Shown piece by piece: positions 36,930-46,124 of a stretch of DNA of 64,000 nucleotides. Numbering within the stretch: position 1 is the first letter of the stretch; each line of letters begins with the position of its first letter. The notes beneath the pieces were generated by a model. The model had not been told where the DNA came from. It did not search any database and saw only the letters and a list, made by a program, of their open reading frames with translations. The translations under genes and the position numbers were made by a program. Source of the DNA: an uncultured Solirubrobacterales bacterium (GTDB lineage Bacteria > Actinomycetota > Thermoleophilia > Solirubrobacterales > Solirubrobacteraceae); assembly GCA_963834885.1 (NCBI GenBank), contig CAWIDF010000008.1, positions 217,371-281,370 of the forward strand, in the 5' to 3' direction.

Positions 36930-38402
36930 ATGGACCGGGAGTCAGCGTTGGGGGACGCGGCTGGGTCGTGGTTGGGCGCGTTCGATGACGAGGTGCGGAT
37001 GACGCGCCCGCGCCGGCGCGCGTTGGTCGCGATCGGCCTGGGGGAATTCGTCGATGCATATGACCTGATCGTGATCAGTGGGGCGTTCTTCGCGATTCAG
37101 TCACATTTTCGGCTGAGCAGCGGGGAGGTCGCCTGGTTGCAAGCAGCGGCGTTTTTCGGTTCGGCGGTGGGAGCGCTGTTTTTCGGCGATCTGGCGGACC
37201 GGATCGGTCGACGGCGCGTGTTCGTCTTGAACCTGGTCGCGTTCGTGGGCCTGGCGCTGGTGTCCGCGGTAGTCACCGAAGTGTGGATGTTGTTCTTGGT
37301 TCGGATCTTGATCGGGGTCGCGATCGGGGCGGATATCGCGGCCAGCATCTCGTTCTTGGCAGAGCTCTCGCCGAAGGGGTCTCGGGGCGGATGGACGGGG
37401 GCGATGCCCCAGATCACCTGGTCGTTGGGCGCGATTTGCGCGGTGTTGGTCGACGCCGGGCTGTACGCGTTGGTGGGGACGCAGTCGTGGCGGCTGGCGT
37501 TCGCAGCGGGTGCAATACCGGCGGTTGCGGTTCTGTGGTTGCGGCGGTCGTTGCCGGACTCGCCCCGATGGCTGTTGGCGCAGGGGCGAGTCGAGGAAGC
37601 CGTGGGAGCATTCGAGCAGTTCGGTGTCCGGGTGCTGGATCACTCGCGCTTGGCGACGATCCCCGCACGGCCGGTGGCGGTGGTCGGGATCCGGACGCGG
37701 GTTCAGCGTTGGCTCGATCCGTACGCGAGGTTGTTTGCCGGCGCGCGCCGCATGGCGGTGGTATTCGCGATCTTGATGATCGGTCTGATCCCGCTGAACG
37801 GGATCGGGCAGAGCGTGCTCACTCCGTATGTTCTGCACCAGTTTGGCGACCTGAGCAGGGTCGAGTCGATTCTGGCCGGGTCGGTGATCTGGATCGGCGC
37901 GCTGGCCGGGTCGTATCTGGCCTGGCAGACGATCGATCGGATCGGGCGGATCACCTCGATCGTGGCCGCGCTGATCGGGTTTGTCGTGGTCTACGTGTTG
38001 ATGGTCACAGTGGCGCTCGGGACCCCATGGCTGGTGCCGCTGTTCTGCCTGCTCGGCGTGGTCACGTGGTGGGGCGCGTCGGCGTGCTGGCCGCTGCCGT
38101 CGGAGCTGGCGCCGACCGAGGTCCGCGGGCGCGCGCAGGGGCTCGGGAGCGGGCTGCAACGGCTCAGCATCGGAGTGAACGTGCTGCTCGTGTCCCACAT
38201 GCTGGCGTGGGTCGGGTTCCGCGCTACGGTGCTCGCGGCCGCCGGGATCTCGGTGGCGTTGATCCCGCTCGCGCTGTGGGGCCGGCGGTTCGAGCCCGCG
38301 AGAAAATCGCTCGAAGTCGCCAGCGGCGATCAGCTTCTCGCCGTCCCGATGGCCGGGCCTGCCGCTGCCGGTGTGCCGCCCGGGGTGGTCCTCAGCCCTT
38401 AG
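36930..38402 (+). CDS. MFS transporter, sugar-porter/metabolite:H+ symporter-like
   Basis: DAYDL, LADRIGRRR, AELSPKGSRG, DSPRWL, PSELAPTEVRGRA; TAGACT 8 nt before ATG 36930. Confidence 0.9.
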   Translation: MDRESALGDAAGSWLGAFDDEVRMTRPRRRALVAIGLGEFVDAYDLIVISGAFFAIQSHFRLSSGEVAWLQAAAFFGSAVGALFFGDLADRIGRRRVFVLNLVAFVGLALVSAVVTEVWMLFLVRILIGVAIGADIAASISFLAELSPKGSRGGWTGAMPQITWSLGAICAVLVDAGLYALVGTQSWRLAFAAGAIPAVAVLWLRRSLPDSPRWLLAQGRVEEAVGAFEQFGVRVLDHSRLATIPARPVAVVGIRTRVQRWLDPYARLFAGARRMAVVFAILMIGLIPLNGIGQSVLTPYVLHQFGDLSRVESILAGSVIWIGALAGSYLAWQTIDRIGRITSIVAALIGFVVVYVLMVTVALGTPWLVPLFCLLGVVTWWGASACWPLPSELAPTEVRGRAQGLGSGLQRLSIGVNVLLVSHMLAWVGFRATVLAAAGISVALIPLALWGRRFEPARKSLEVASGDQLLAVPMAGPAAAGVPPGVVLSP

Positions 38403-39681
38403 AACGGCGCGAGCTTGGGCGAGATCGCCCGCGCCCAGCGCCCTGCCCGTCTTGCCCCGCGCCCGGACGGGCGTCCGGGCTCTTGCCTGCCGGGGCGAGA
38501 GTTTCATCGGCGACGTGGCTCATGGCCAGCGCGATCGCGCCGAGAACCTCGGCCGTGCCGCCGAGCTCGCCGAGCACCACCGGATAGTGCCCCGACGCCG
38601 GCGAGATCCACCGTTCGAGCGAAGCGCTGATGCTTTCCAGCAGGGGCTGCCCGGTCGGCGCGAGCTCTCCTCCGATGATCACGAGCTCCGGATCGAGCAG
38701 GCTGCACACGCCGGCCAGGACGCGCCCGACGGCCTCGCCGGCGTCGGCGATCAGCCTCGCGACGCCGGGGTCTCCCTCTCGAGAAAGGTCGATCAGCTCG
38801 TCGACCGTCATGTGCGGCCCGTACATCTGGCGCAGCGCGGCAGTCAGCGCGGCCCCGCCCGCGACCGTAGCCAGGCAGCCCCGGTTGCCGCAGCGGCACA
38901 CCTGCCCGTCCGGGTTGACGACGATGTGTCCTAGCTCGCCGGCCGCGCCACTCTGTCCGCTGAATATCCGCCCGTCGATGATCACCCCGCCGCCGATCCC
39001 CTCCGACAGGCCCACGTAGAACAGGTTCCGCGTGCCGCGCCCGGCTCCGAAGGTCGCCTCGGCCAAAGCTCCGAGGTTGGCGTCGTTGCCGACGTGGATC
39101 GGCACGCCCAGGCGCTCTCCGAAGAACTCGGCCACGTTGACCTCGGCCCAGCTCGGAAAGATGACGCCGGAGGCGAATCCTGGCGAGTCCGAGCGAACCG
39201 GTGCTGACACCGCGACCCCTGCGCTGATCAACTGGTCCGGCTGGAGCTCGGCGTGGCCGATCGCTCTCAAGACCATCGCCTCGGCCACCGCCAGCGCTTC
39301 CTGGGCCTGATGCGCGATCTCGAGGCGGTCGCTGCGGGCGTCCACCAACACCTCGCCGGCGCGATTAGCGACCGCGACGCGGACGATCTCACGCCCGAAG
39401 TCGACCCCGACGAACCCGCCGGACGACGGCTCCAGACTCAGCAACGTGGCCGGACGCCCCCCCGCGGGCGAGGGAGCCTGTCGCGCAGACTCCGCCCGCT
39501 CGACCACGGTCCCCTCATCGAGCAAGTCCGCCACGATGCTGGACACAGTCGTCCGAGACAGTCCCGTCTCCCGCACGATGTCCGCCTGGCTCGCCGCTCC
39601 GCGTCGCTGCAGCACGGACAGCGCCCGCGCGCGATTCCGCGCCCGGAGCGATTCCAGAGAACCAGGTGCCTCCCGAGCCAT
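38392..39681 (-). CDS. ROK-family transcriptional regulator
   Basis: N-terminal HTH (TGLSRTTVSSIV), GGRP, NDANLGALAE, AGELGHI, CRCGNRGCL. Confidence 0.93.
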   Translation of the reverse strand: MAREAPGSLESLRARNRARALSVLQRRGAASQADIVRETGLSRTTVSSIVADLLDEGTVVERAESARQAPSPAGGRPATLLSLEPSSGGFVGVDFGREIVRVAVANRAGEVLVDARSDRLEIAHQAQEALAVAEAMVLRAIGHAELQPDQLISAGVAVSAPVRSDSPGFASGVIFPSWAEVNVAEFFGERLGVPIHVGNDANLGALAEATFGAGRGTRNLFYVGLSEGIGGGVIIDGRIFSGQSGAAGELGHIVVNPDGQVCRCGNRGCLATVAGGAALTAALRQMYGPHMTVDELIDLSREGDPGVARLIADAGEAVGRVLAGVCSLLDPELVIIGGELAPTGQPLLESISASLERWISPASGHYPVVLGELGGTAEVLGAIALAMSHVADETLAPAGKSPDARPGAGQDGQGAGRGRSRPSSRRSKG

Positions 39682-39689
39682 CGTCGGGA

Positions 39690-39698
39690 ACTATATCA
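39690..39698 (-). promoter_or_regulatory. Extended -10 (TGA-TATAGT) of leaderless ROK gene
   Basis: TG-n-TATAGT 8 nt upstream of ATG; no SD. Confidence 0.65.
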
Positions 39699-39740
39699 AG
39701 ACTCCGGATCTACCGGATTCAAAGAATAACGAGTTTGTCC

Positions 39741-39769
39741 TTGACACGGAAGAATGAGCGCCGTAGGCT
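39741..39769 (+). promoter_or_regulatory. Housekeeping-sigma promoter TTGACA-N17-TAGGCT for the propeller/AT3/SGNH operon
   Basis: TTGACA 39741-39746, TAGGCT 39764-39769. Confidence 0.75.
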
Positions 39770-39876
39770 TTGTCCCGAGTGAGGATAAACCTGGGTGTAA
39801 AGCAGGACGCTTTACCACTCCTTCTGGAGAAACATCCGGGCCACTGCAACCATCGCAGTCGGGGAGGTGGATCCCT

Positions 39877-41037
39877 GTGTACAGCCGGGACACCACGCGC
39901 GCATCTCGGGTCGTCCGTCAACTGATGCTTCTGGTCGGGGCTGGGGTGGTGGCGGCGGCGGTCGCTGAGTCCGCCGCCGCCGCCGGCTGGTCGATCCAGC
40001 CGGCCCCGCGGCCCCCGCACTCGAGCGAAACCGACCTATTCGGTGTGTCGTGCACGTCGACGCGCGACTGCGTCGCCGTCGGTCAGTCAGTCGTCGCGTC
40101 GACCGACGATCCTGTCCCGTTGGTCGAGCACTGGAACGGCTCGACGTGGTCGATCGTGCGGACGACGATCCCGACCGCCTATGGCTGGTCGGGGGCGCTC
40201 TTGGCAGTGTCATGCAGTTCGGATATCGCGTGCACAGCGGTCGGCTCGTCCTACAGCAGTGCTTCAGGGACGGTTCCGCTCGCCGAGCGCTGGAACGGCT
40301 CGTCCTGGTCGATCCAGCGGACTCCCCACCCATTCGGCATCGACGACTTCAACGACGTGTCGTGCGCGTCGAGCACAGCCTGCATCGCTGTCGGCAGCGG
40401 CCAAGAGTCGTTCGCGCAACGGTGGGACGGCACGCGCTGGTCGGTTGAGAAGATCAATTTCGGCGATCCGCAAGGACGGGCAAACGCGCTAACCGGTGTG
40501 TCCTGCCCATCCCAGGGCATCTGCGCGGCGGTCGGTTGGGACGACATCGGCCTGTGCGCCGACGAATACGAGAGCGACTACGACGTCGCGGTCCTTGGAT
40601 TGTGGAAATCCGCGCGCTGGTCGCTCGGGCGCCATCCGAATCTAGGGTGCTCCTCCGGCCAGGACAACGGCGCCGGCAACTGGCTGAACGCGGTCTCGTG
40701 CACGTCGCCGACGGCGTGCACCGCGGTCGGCTCCGAGGTCGACCGCTGGGATGGCCGCCGCTGGTCCGTCCAATCGGCACCAATCGGCATCGACGCTCTG
40801 TCGGCAGTGTCGTGTCCGTCGACGAACGCGTGCACGGCAGTCGGCTCCCGGAGCTACACGTGGAACGGTCAGCAATGGTCGAGCCTGGCGATCCCCCGGC
40901 CGGCGCACGTCAAAGCCGCCGCGCTGGGCAGCGTGTCCTGCACGTCGCGGGAGTCCTGCGTCGCTGTGGGGAGCTACGAAGACCGCCAAGGCGAGGAGCA
41001 CTTACTGGTCGAGTCAATCGGGGGCGAGGAGCGATGA
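39877..41037 (+). CDS. Secreted protein with seven VSCxSxxxCxAVG repeats (predicted disulfide-linked beta-propeller)
   Basis: GGAGGT SD 8 nt before GTG; signal peptide; repeats VSCTSTRDCVAVG, VSCSSDIACTAVG, VSCASSTACIAVG, VSCPSQGICAAVG, VSCTSPTACTAVG, VSCPSTNACTAVG, VSCTSRESCVAVG. Confidence 0.82.
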   Translation: MYSRDTTRASRVVRQLMLLVGAGVVAAAVAESAAAAGWSIQPAPRPPHSSETDLFGVSCTSTRDCVAVGQSVVASTDDPVPLVEHWNGSTWSIVRTTIPTAYGWSGALLAVSCSSDIACTAVGSSYSSASGTVPLAERWNGSSWSIQRTPHPFGIDDFNDVSCASSTACIAVGSGQESFAQRWDGTRWSVEKINFGDPQGRANALTGVSCPSQGICAAVGWDDIGLCADEYESDYDVAVLGLWKSARWSLGRHPNLGCSSGQDNGAGNWLNAVSCTSPTACTAVGSEVDRWDGRRWSVQSAPIGIDALSAVSCPSTNACTAVGSRSYTWNGQQWSSLAIPRPAHVKAAALGSVSCTSRESCVAVGSYEDRQGEEHLLVESIGGEER

Positions 41038-43193
41038 ACATGGCGAGATCAGCCAACACCAACACAGACGCCCGCTCCGGGATCGGCTACTCCGCCGGGC
41101 TCGACGGCATCCGGGCCCTCGCGATCGTCGCGGTCCTCCTGTACCACGGTGGCGTGGTCTGGGCGGCCGGCGGCTTCCTCGGGGTCGAGGCTTTCTTCGT
41201 GCTGTCGGGATTCCTGATCACCTCGCTGCTCATCGCCGAGTGGCGCCGCTCCGGAACGGTCGCGCTCCGTGCCTTCTGGGCGAGGCGCGCGCGACGACTC
41301 CTCCCCGCCTTGTTCTGCCTCGTCGGGGTCGTGGGCCTGTACGAGGCGCTCGCGTCGACCGACAGCTTGGTCCCCGGCCTCAAGGGCGACGGAATCGCGA
41401 CCCTGTTCTACTACGGCAACTGGCACGAGATCGCCACCGGTTCCAACTACTTCGCGGCGACCGGTCCGCCGTCGCCGCTCCAACACACCTGGTCACTGGC
41501 GATCGAGGAGCAGTTCTACATCCTGTGGCCCGTCTCGCTGCTGGCCGCGACCTGGCTCACACGTCGCGTTCTGCGCCGGCGCAGACCGACCGACCGGCGC
41601 GTGATGGGGATGTTGCTGGCGATGAGCGTGACCCTCGCGCTCGCGTCGGCGGTCGAGGCGATGATCCTGTTCCACGGCGGCGCCGGCGCGAACCGCGTGT
41701 ACTACGGAACCGACACGAGAGCCGTCGGCCTGCTCACGGGCGCGTCGCTCGCGTTCGCGCTCGCGCTCCTGCGTAGTCCCGCCCCGGGCGCGCGAACCAC
41801 GTCCCCGGCACGCGGCTCGGGCGCGCTCGGCTGGAGCGCCCTCCTCGCGCTCTCCGCGGTGCTCGTGATGATGCACTACGGCGACGGCACATCGCCATGG
41901 CTCTACCCGTTCGGGATGCTCGCCCTCGACCTCGCGGTCGCGGTCATCATCGCCGCGGTGGTGCTCCGTCCCGGCTCTGTCGCCGGCCGGATCTTCTCGG
42001 TCGCGCCGGCGCGCCGGCTGGGACAGATCTCCTACGGTGTGTACCTCTGGCACTTCCCGCTGTTCCTGTGGCTCACCGCCGCATCGACGGGCGTGGCCGG
42101 CGCTCGGTTGCTGGGCCTGCGGCTGTCGGTCACGCTGCTCGTGAGCATCGTCTCGTTCGTGCTCATCGAGCAGCCGGTGCGCCGCCGCAAGCTGCCGAAC
42201 TGGCTCGTCGTGGGCCTGGCGCCGGCCACCCTCGGAGCCGCGTGCGTCGCGTTGTTCGCCGGGGCGGCGGTAGCGGCGCCGCCACTCGCGACGGCGCCCC
42301 TGCCGAAGCCGCCCGCGCGTGTGGAGGGGACGCAGGTGTGCCGCGTCGCGCTCACGGACACCAAGCAGTACGGGCTATCACCGCTGTCGCCCGACGTCGC
42401 GGCGGTGCAGCAGCCGCAATGGCTGGCCGCCCACGAGCTGAGCTGGAGCTCCCACAGCCGGGTGACGTTCCACACGTGTCCGCCGAAGAAGGTGTTGCTG
42501 ATCGGCGACTCGCTCGCGTTCTCGCTCGGGCTCGGTCAGATGATCGAGGAGCACAACTACGGCGTCGAACTGGCGAACGCCGCGATTCTCGGTTGCGCGT
42601 TCCACCCCGGAGGCGAGCTCAACATCTCTGGGACGTGGGAGTCGCTCCCGGCAGGATGTCCCGGGGCGCTCGGCCAGTGGCGGCGCGACGAGCTTGCGTT
42701 CAAACCGCAGGCGGTGATCGTCGAGCTCGGGTACCGGGACGAGTTCGACTGGCGCGTGCACGGCAAGGTCGTGCAGCTTGGCCAACCCGCATTCGACGCC
42801 GCCGTCGAGGCCCAGATCCAACGCTACATACAGGTACTGGGCGGCGGCCACACGCCGATCCTGTTCCTGTCGGTCCCGTTCGCAGATCCCCGTCCTCAGC
42901 CCGACGGATCACCCTCCCCGGCCGCGTCCCCGGCACGGCACGCGCTGATCAACTCGCTGCTGCGCTCGGCCGCCGCGACCGATCCGGCGGGCGTGCAGGT
43001 GTTGAACATCGACGACGTGGTCTCCCCCGGGCACAAGTACGAGCGGGAAGTGAACGGCAAGCTCTGCCGGTTCGACGGCATCCACTTCGCGATCTACTGC
43101 AGTGAGCTGGTGGCGCCCGACGTACTGAGCGCCGCCCGCGGGCTGATCGTGCGGCCTGCCGCGCCAGCCGTGCCGACCGCCCTGATCCCATGA
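41034..43193 (+). CDS. Acyltransferase family 3 fused to SGNH domain (OafA/OatA/YrhL-like O-acyltransferase)
   Basis: GLDGIRALA, GFLGVEAFFVLSGFLIT, FWARRARRLLP, HTWSLAIEEQFY; SGNH IGDSLA and DGIH. Confidence 0.92.
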   Translation: MNMARSANTNTDARSGIGYSAGLDGIRALAIVAVLLYHGGVVWAAGGFLGVEAFFVLSGFLITSLLIAEWRRSGTVALRAFWARRARRLLPALFCLVGVVGLYEALASTDSLVPGLKGDGIATLFYYGNWHEIATGSNYFAATGPPSPLQHTWSLAIEEQFYILWPVSLLAATWLTRRVLRRRRPTDRRVMGMLLAMSVTLALASAVEAMILFHGGAGANRVYYGTDTRAVGLLTGASLAFALALLRSPAPGARTTSPARGSGALGWSALLALSAVLVMMHYGDGTSPWLYPFGMLALDLAVAVIIAAVVLRPGSVAGRIFSVAPARRLGQISYGVYLWHFPLFLWLTAASTGVAGARLLGLRLSVTLLVSIVSFVLIEQPVRRRKLPNWLVVGLAPATLGAACVALFAGAAVAAPPLATAPLPKPPARVEGTQVCRVALTDTKQYGLSPLSPDVAAVQQPQWLAAHELSWSSHSRVTFHTCPPKKVLLIGDSLAFSLGLGQMIEEHNYGVELANAAILGCAFHPGGELNISGTWESLPAGCPGALGQWRRDELAFKPQAVIVELGYRDEFDWRVHGKVVQLGQPAFDAAVEAQIQRYIQVLGGGHTPILFLSVPFADPRPQPDGSPSPAASPARHALINSLLRSAAATDPAGVQVLNIDDVVSPGHKYEREVNGKLCRFDGIHFAIYCSELVAPDVLSAARGLIVRPAAPAVPTALIP

Positions 43194-44143
43194 TCACGCG
43201 CGTGGGTGTCATCGTAGGGGCCACCGTCTTGATGACGGTGGCCCTCACCGGGTCTGCCTACGCGCGGCTGACCACGACCCAGCTCGCGACGGACCTCGCC
43301 GCCTCGGCCAGCCTCAGGCACGCCCCCGCGGACCTCGAACCGCCGCTCGACGTGGCCGCGGGCGCGGCGCCGCTGATCGTCAGGAACGGGTGTCATCTGT
43401 CGCGGACCGGCCTGCGCAGCAAGCCGTGCGTCTACGGGGACACGACGTCGAACACGACCGTGGTCCTGTTCGGCGATTCCCACGCCGCCTACTGGTTCCC
43501 GGCCCTGGATCAGATCAGCCGGGAACAGCACTGGCGGCTGGTGGATCTGACCAAGGACGGGTGTCCATCCGCCGAGGTGAACATCGCGGCCTGGTTCCGG
43601 CACGGGGGCCCTTACCCCGAGTGCACGGACTGGCGTAGCAGCGCGATGACGCAGATCCTCGCGCTGCACCCCGCCCTCGTGATCGCGTCGGAGGCGAGGT
43701 ATCTCGAAGAGCCCGAGGCGCGGCCGCTGGCGGGGGTGCCCACCGGCCAAGGCACCACATGGTTGAACGGCTTGGCCGCGACCTTCCGCTTTCTGAATCG
43801 CGCGGCCGCCCATGTTGCGTTCATCTCGGATGTGCCGACTCCCACCCGATCCGCTCCGACCTGCGTCTCACTGCACCGGTCGAACGTGCAGCCGTGCGAC
43901 ACGAGCCTCAGTGCGGCGATCCGGCTGCCGGGGGTAAAGGACGACGAGCGCGTGCTCGCGCAGCGCGAGCACGTGGCCTGGGTCGACCCGACGCCGTGGT
44001 TCTGCGCCTCGACGACGTGTCCGGCGATCGTTGCCAACCTGCTCGTCTTCCGGAACATCGCGCACATGGAGCCGGTGTGGTCGCGCTTCATCGCTCCCGT
44101 TCTCGCCGACGCGCTGGTCCCGGTCATGCAGGGCGCGGGCTGA
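43190..44143 (+). CDS. Secreted stand-alone SGNH-domain protein (YrhL C-terminal type)
   Basis: Signal/anchor; PCVYGD, LFGDSHA, LTKDGCP, block V reads FRNIAH. Confidence 0.85.
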   Translation: MITRVGVIVGATVLMTVALTGSAYARLTTTQLATDLAASASLRHAPADLEPPLDVAAGAAPLIVRNGCHLSRTGLRSKPCVYGDTTSNTTVVLFGDSHAAYWFPALDQISREQHWRLVDLTKDGCPSAEVNIAAWFRHGGPYPECTDWRSSAMTQILALHPALVIASEARYLEEPEARPLAGVPTGQGTTWLNGLAATFRFLNRAAAHVAFISDVPTPTRSAPTCVSLHRSNVQPCDTSLSAAIRLPGVKDDERVLAQREHVAWVDPTPWFCASTTCPAIVANLLVFRNIAHMEPVWSRFIAPVLADALVPVMQGAG

Positions 44144-45017
44144 TCACATGCGCCGGGTCGGGCCGGCCTTCCGGCCCGGCCGCACTGTAGTCGCCGAACG
44201 GGGCGTCGCGCTGCTGCGTGGCCGCGCGTACGCCGTCGGCGGCCGAGCGCTCGACGAAGGCCTGGCCCTCCGGCGTGTTGCGCATCAGGCCGTCCAGGAT
44301 CGGGCCGAGCGTCTGGGTGGCGCGCAGTCCCATGTTCTCGTAGGCCTGGTTGACGATCAGCTTCATCGCGGCCAGCTGGGAGGATGGGATCGCCGCGAGT
44401 TGCCGCGCCTGCTCGGCGACGGCGCTCTCCAGCTGGTCGAATGGGACCGCCGCGTTGACCAGCTCGATCTCGGCCGCCTCGCGGCCCGACAGCGGCTTGC
44501 CGGTCAGCGCGTGCTCCTTGGCCTTGGTCAGGCCGAGGCGGTACAGCCACATGCCGGACAGGTAGCACCCCCACACCCGCGAGTAGGGAGTCCCGATCTG
44601 GGCGTCCTCGGCGGCGATGATCAGATCGGCGCACAGGGCCATGTCCGAGCCGCCGCCGACGCACCAGCCGTGGACCTGGGCGATGACCGGCTTGGGGGTG
44701 CGCCACATGCTCATGAACTTCTGCGTCGGGCCGTACGGGGAGGCGGCCAGGGCGAAGTCCTTGCCCGGATCCCAGCGCCCGTCGGTGGTAAGGGCCTCAT
44801 CCCAATGGTGAAAGCCGCCGGCGAAGTCGTAGCCGGCGCAGAACGCGCGGCCGGCGCCGCGCAGCACGATCACCTTCACGCCCGGGTCGAGCGTCGCCCG
44901 CTCGATCGCGGCCTCGAACTCGTCGGGCATCGGGGGCACGATCGTATTGAGCCGGTCGGGGCGGTTGAGCGTGATCGTCGCGACGGGTCCGGCGACGTCG
45001 TAGAGCAAGGTGTCCAA
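44124..45017 (-). CDS. Crotonase/enoyl-CoA hydratase family protein
   Basis: ITLNRPDRLN, RAFCAGYD, IAQVHGWCVGGG; TTG start 8 nt after AGGAG. Confidence 0.9.
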   Translation of the reverse strand: MDTLLYDVAGPVATITLNRPDRLNTIVPPMPDEFEAAIERATLDPGVKVIVLRGAGRAFCAGYDFAGGFHHWDEALTTDGRWDPGKDFALAASPYGPTQKFMSMWRTPKPVIAQVHGWCVGGGSDMALCADLIIAAEDAQIGTPYSRVWGCYLSGMWLYRLGLTKAKEHALTGKPLSGREAAEIELVNAAVPFDQLESAVAEQARQLAAIPSSQLAAMKLIVNQAYENMGLRATQTLGPILDGLMRNTPEGQAFVERSAADGVRAATQQRDAPFGDYSAAGPEGRPDPAHVISPRPA

Positions 45018-45034
45018 GGTTCATACTCCTGGGG

Positions 45035-46027
45035 TTGGTTAGGCGGCTGCTGGCAATCCTGGTGGCGGGCATTGTGGCCGTGGGATGCGGCGGGGCGTCC
45101 GCGCGGACGCCCCCGGTGGCGCCGGCCCACTGGACGGCGCTGGTCCACGTGGACCGGCCGCTCGACCTCGCCGGCCCTCGCCGGGACGGTTCGTTCGTGC
45201 TCGCCGCAGCCGGGAAGCTGTGGCTGCTCACGCCCGGGTCGGGTCGCGCGACGCGGTTCGCGCCCGGATATCAGAGCCCCGGGGGCGAGGAGCCGTACGT
45301 CGCGCTGCCGGCGGTGAGTCACCGCGGCTGCAGCTTCGGCTCGGACACCGTGTACGCGCTGCGGCTGGCAGCCGGCCGCGGGGTCGTCGGGATCACGCAG
45401 AACCGGCCGCCCCGGATGTTCGCGACCCTGGCGGCGCGTGGGTTGATCGACGGGATCGCGTTCGACGAGACCGGTCGCTTCGGCTACCGGCTGCTCGTGA
45501 CGGTCGAGCACGGCGCGACGACCACGGTGGTGGCGATCGACTGCCGCGGCCGGGTGGACACGATCACCGGCCATGCGCCCAAGGTCGAGGGCGGGATCGC
45601 GGTGGCGCCGGCGACGTTCGGGCGCTTCGCCGGCGACCTGATCGCCTCCGACGAGAACACCGGGCGGATCTACGCGATCTCACCCACCGGGGCGAACGCG
45701 CTCGTGGCGCAGTCGGGGCTGCCCCACGGCGGCGACACCGGCGTCGAGAGCGAGGCCTTCCTGCCGGCGCGCGGCCGGTTCGAGGCGCTGCTGGCCGATC
45801 GGCTCACGCCCGGAAACCGGCATCCGGGGGACAACGCGGTGCTACGCATCGGCTCCGACGCGCTGTTCGCGGCCGGCGCGCATCCGGGTGATCTCCTGGA
45901 CGCCACCGAGGGCGGGGCGAAGACGGTGGCGGTCCACTGTGGCGCGAGCGCGTGCACGGTTCGTCACGTCGCGGACGGGCCGGCTATCGCCCATCCGGAG
46001 GGTCACATCGCGATCGCGCCGCGGTGA
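45035..46027 (+). CDS. Hypothetical lipoprotein, possible beta-propeller
   Basis: Lipobox VAVGC; repeated DGIAFD / GGIAVAP strands; GC3-biased codons. Confidence 0.6.
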   Translation: MVRRLLAILVAGIVAVGCGGASARTPPVAPAHWTALVHVDRPLDLAGPRRDGSFVLAAAGKLWLLTPGSGRATRFAPGYQSPGGEEPYVALPAVSHRGCSFGSDTVYALRLAAGRGVVGITQNRPPRMFATLAARGLIDGIAFDETGRFGYRLLVTVEHGATTTVVAIDCRGRVDTITGHAPKVEGGIAVAPATFGRFAGDLIASDENTGRIYAISPTGANALVAQSGLPHGGDTGVESEAFLPARGRFEALLADRLTPGNRHPGDNAVLRIGSDALFAAGAHPGDLLDATEGGAKTVAVHCGASACTVRHVADGPAIAHPEGHIAIAPR

Positions 46028-46124
46028 CCGCATCCGGCTCCGGGCCGCGCGCGCTCCGCTTCTAGGAGTCCGGTGAGACCGCTCCGCGCGCTCGGCTGCT
46101 TCCACAGCCCGGTATCCGGCCGGG

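Noticed and set aside
39780-39815. c-di-GMP-I riboswitch call
   Set aside because: Partial resemblance only; conserved GCAAA is GCTTT; kept only as a generic structured leader
40536-41033. N-terminal extension of the acyltransferase ORF
   Set aside because: Overlaps the propeller gene; ATGA coupling at 41034 marks the start
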